64,000 bases of DNA. Source: Callorhinchus milii. Taxonomy: Eukaryota. Position 1 is the stretch's first letter. The number at the start of each line of letters is the position of its first letter. Below the pieces are notes generated by a model, which saw only the letters and a list, made by a program, of their open reading frames with translations, did not search any database and was not told the origin of the DNA. Shown here one piece after another: positions 62,112-64,000 of the stretch. The stretch is from assembly GCF_018977255.1 (NCBI RefSeq), contig NW_024704742.1:107262001-107326000 (forward strand). Direction: 5' to 3'. The position numbers were made by a program, and so were the translations under genes.

Positions 62112-62345
62112 AGAAACAAAAGCAGAAGTCACTGGGAACACTCAGCAGGTCAGGCCACATCTATGGAGACAGTAAAGTGAGTCAACGTTTCAGGTCCACG
62201 ACCCTTCGTCAGAACTGTTGGAGGGTCGTGGACCCAAAATGTTGACTCACTTTCCTTTCTCCATAGATGCTGGCTGATCTGTTGAGTGTTTCCAGCGACT
62301 TCTGTTTTTGTTTTCAGATTTCCAGCATCTGCAGTATTTTGCGCT
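62112..62345. mobile_element. Penelope-like element inverted terminal repeat (fold-back)
   Basis: Arms about 62112-62210 and 62215-62315 are reverse complements (acactcagcaggtcag..ctatggaga..gtgagtcaac versus gttgactcac..tctccatag..ctgatctgttgagtgt), followed by gatttccagcatctgcagtattttg. Confidence 0.8.
62180..62216 (-). ncRNA. Candidate minimal (short stem III) type I hammerhead ribozyme
   Basis: Minus strand AGTT-CTGACGA-A-GGGTC-GTG-GACCT-GAA-ACGT-T-GACT. Confidence 0.55.
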
Positions 62346-63544
62346 TTGATTCTATCCCGGATTGTACATAATGGCAGCATTTGCAGTGTCAGTCAAATAG
62401 CTGTGTGCTTAGTCAGGAAGATACCAAGGGAAATAATAGAGGTCATTTTCCTTTTGTCACTAAGCTTTTTTTATGAATTTCTGTCTCCTCCCCAGGGAAA
62501 AAAATAACTGTCTGAAGATGCTACATTAGCGAGACACTTCCACTACAACAAGAAAAGCCACTAGCCACAGTAAATCAGGATCAAAGTGCAACTTCATATA
62601 TTTATAGAGTTCAAGGCACTGAAACAGAAACAACATTTTCTATTTTTGAAGCCAGTAGTTCAAATGGAAGTTGATACATCGCTTCAACATCAAAGTGCTT
62701 CGCAAGATTCACTGTAAAGTGTAGTGACTGTGTATTTTTGCAGGTGAACACTGTATGGCACAGTTCTGTTAGAAATTCAAACGAATAAACAACTAGAGCC
62801 TGAGCCAATCCCTCCGCTTATCTTTGATTGGGGTCCAGTGTGCTATTGTCACTTGGACTAAAATTAACACAGGGAATTGCCAGACAGAGAAGCTGGTGAT
62901 TGAGAAATGCACCTCTCTGTTGCTGAGGAGGTTAAGTTTCGGAGAAACAGAATTATGTGAACACAATTGAACACACATACATATTTGTTTTAACTAGCAA
63001 ATTAAACAGAGGCCTCATCTTTGCCCGGGGATTTGAATTGATGCCTCATGAATTTCTTTGGCACAAACTGCCTCCATCAGCAATTCTGGTGTTTGCTAAA
63101 GATATTTTTTTGGCTGTTTTCAGTGAGTTGCAAGTTTGTAGTTGCTGCTCCTGATTGTGTAAAGAAGGTCGAAATTCCAGTGGATTTACGCTGAAAGAGT
63201 TAAAACAATAAAACTATTCACGTGGGAATGTTAACACCACTCAATATCCACATATGAATGATTCTGAAGGCATCTGAATTGAAAGTTAAAAAAACACACT
63301 ATCAGTCAAAACTACAGGACCACCCACAATGTGACTGGGAATGATAAAACAAGGTCATTATTGGCTTCAGGAAAGTCTATCCAGCAACAGCAAAGATGGT
63401 GCCCACTTGAAATCAGAAGTGAGGGAAATTCTGCAGATCAAAAATGCATGAAGCTAACGTCTAAAGCTGTAAAGTAAATCAAAGAGTGACCAATAGATAA
63501 GCCATTCAGTTTTTAATAATTATCTTAAATCATGTCTATACAAC

Positions 63545-64000
63545 TGGTGTCCTGACAGAATGTCTGTCAGACATCAAGTCCTGGATGAGAACTAACTTTC
63601 TTCAGTTGAACCTCAACAAGACCGAGGCTCTCCTGATTGGCTCCCGTCGGCATCTCCTCACCTCAGGCGCTGACAGTATCACCATCCATGGTGGCACACT
63701 CCACCTCACTGAGCCAGTCCGGAACCTTGGGGTCTTGTTTGACCCTCAACTACCCTTTCTACCCCACATCTGCGCCATGACCCGCTCTGCCATCCCCCAC
63801 CTCAACAACGTCGCCCGGCTCTGACACTGACTCACACCGCAGGCCACTGAAAACCCTCATACATGCCTTCATTACATCGAGGCTCGACTATGCAAAGTCA
63901 CTGCTTGTCGGCCTCCCCAACTTCTACCTCCACAGGCTGCAGATCATTCAGAACTCTGCAGCCCGTGTCCTCCCCCGCACTAAGCTCTGTGACCCTATCA
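63545..64000 (+). mobile_element. L2 LINE RT C-terminal fragment, runs off the window
   Basis: CLSDIKSWMRTNFLQLNLNKTEALLIG..VRNLGVLFDPQL..HAFITSRLDYAKSLL. Confidence 0.95.

Overview
Repeat-dense, AT-rich eukaryotic DNA, most likely intronic or intergenic sequence from a cartilaginous fish. That assignment is inferred from the repeat repertoire (SacSINE1-like Deu SINEs, CR1 and L2 LINEs, shark-type Penelope termini) and is not proven. I find no recognisable host protein-coding exon, and nearly every ORF in the track is a TE fragment or low-complexity artefact. Supported content: many tRNA-derived SINEs, 5'-truncated L2 and CR1 fragments, an RTE-clade RT relic, and a 1,191-bp solo LTR with a CCGG target-site duplication and an internal 7 x 39-bp repeat. 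There are also a decayed Gmr1-type Gypsy gag relic (SCAN-like motif plus zinc knuckle), a probable DIRS relic, and Penelope-type termini. Best leads: a candidate short-stem-III hammerhead ribozyme in an inverted Penelope terminus (62180-62216, minus strand), and a duplicated ~188-bp non-TE element with a perfectly conserved 49-nt core and exon-like signals (11023-11210 and 13491-13679). I do not see firm evidence of a wholly new biological system. Family names come from recall of consensus motifs, not from a database search, and boundaries of old fragments are approximate.
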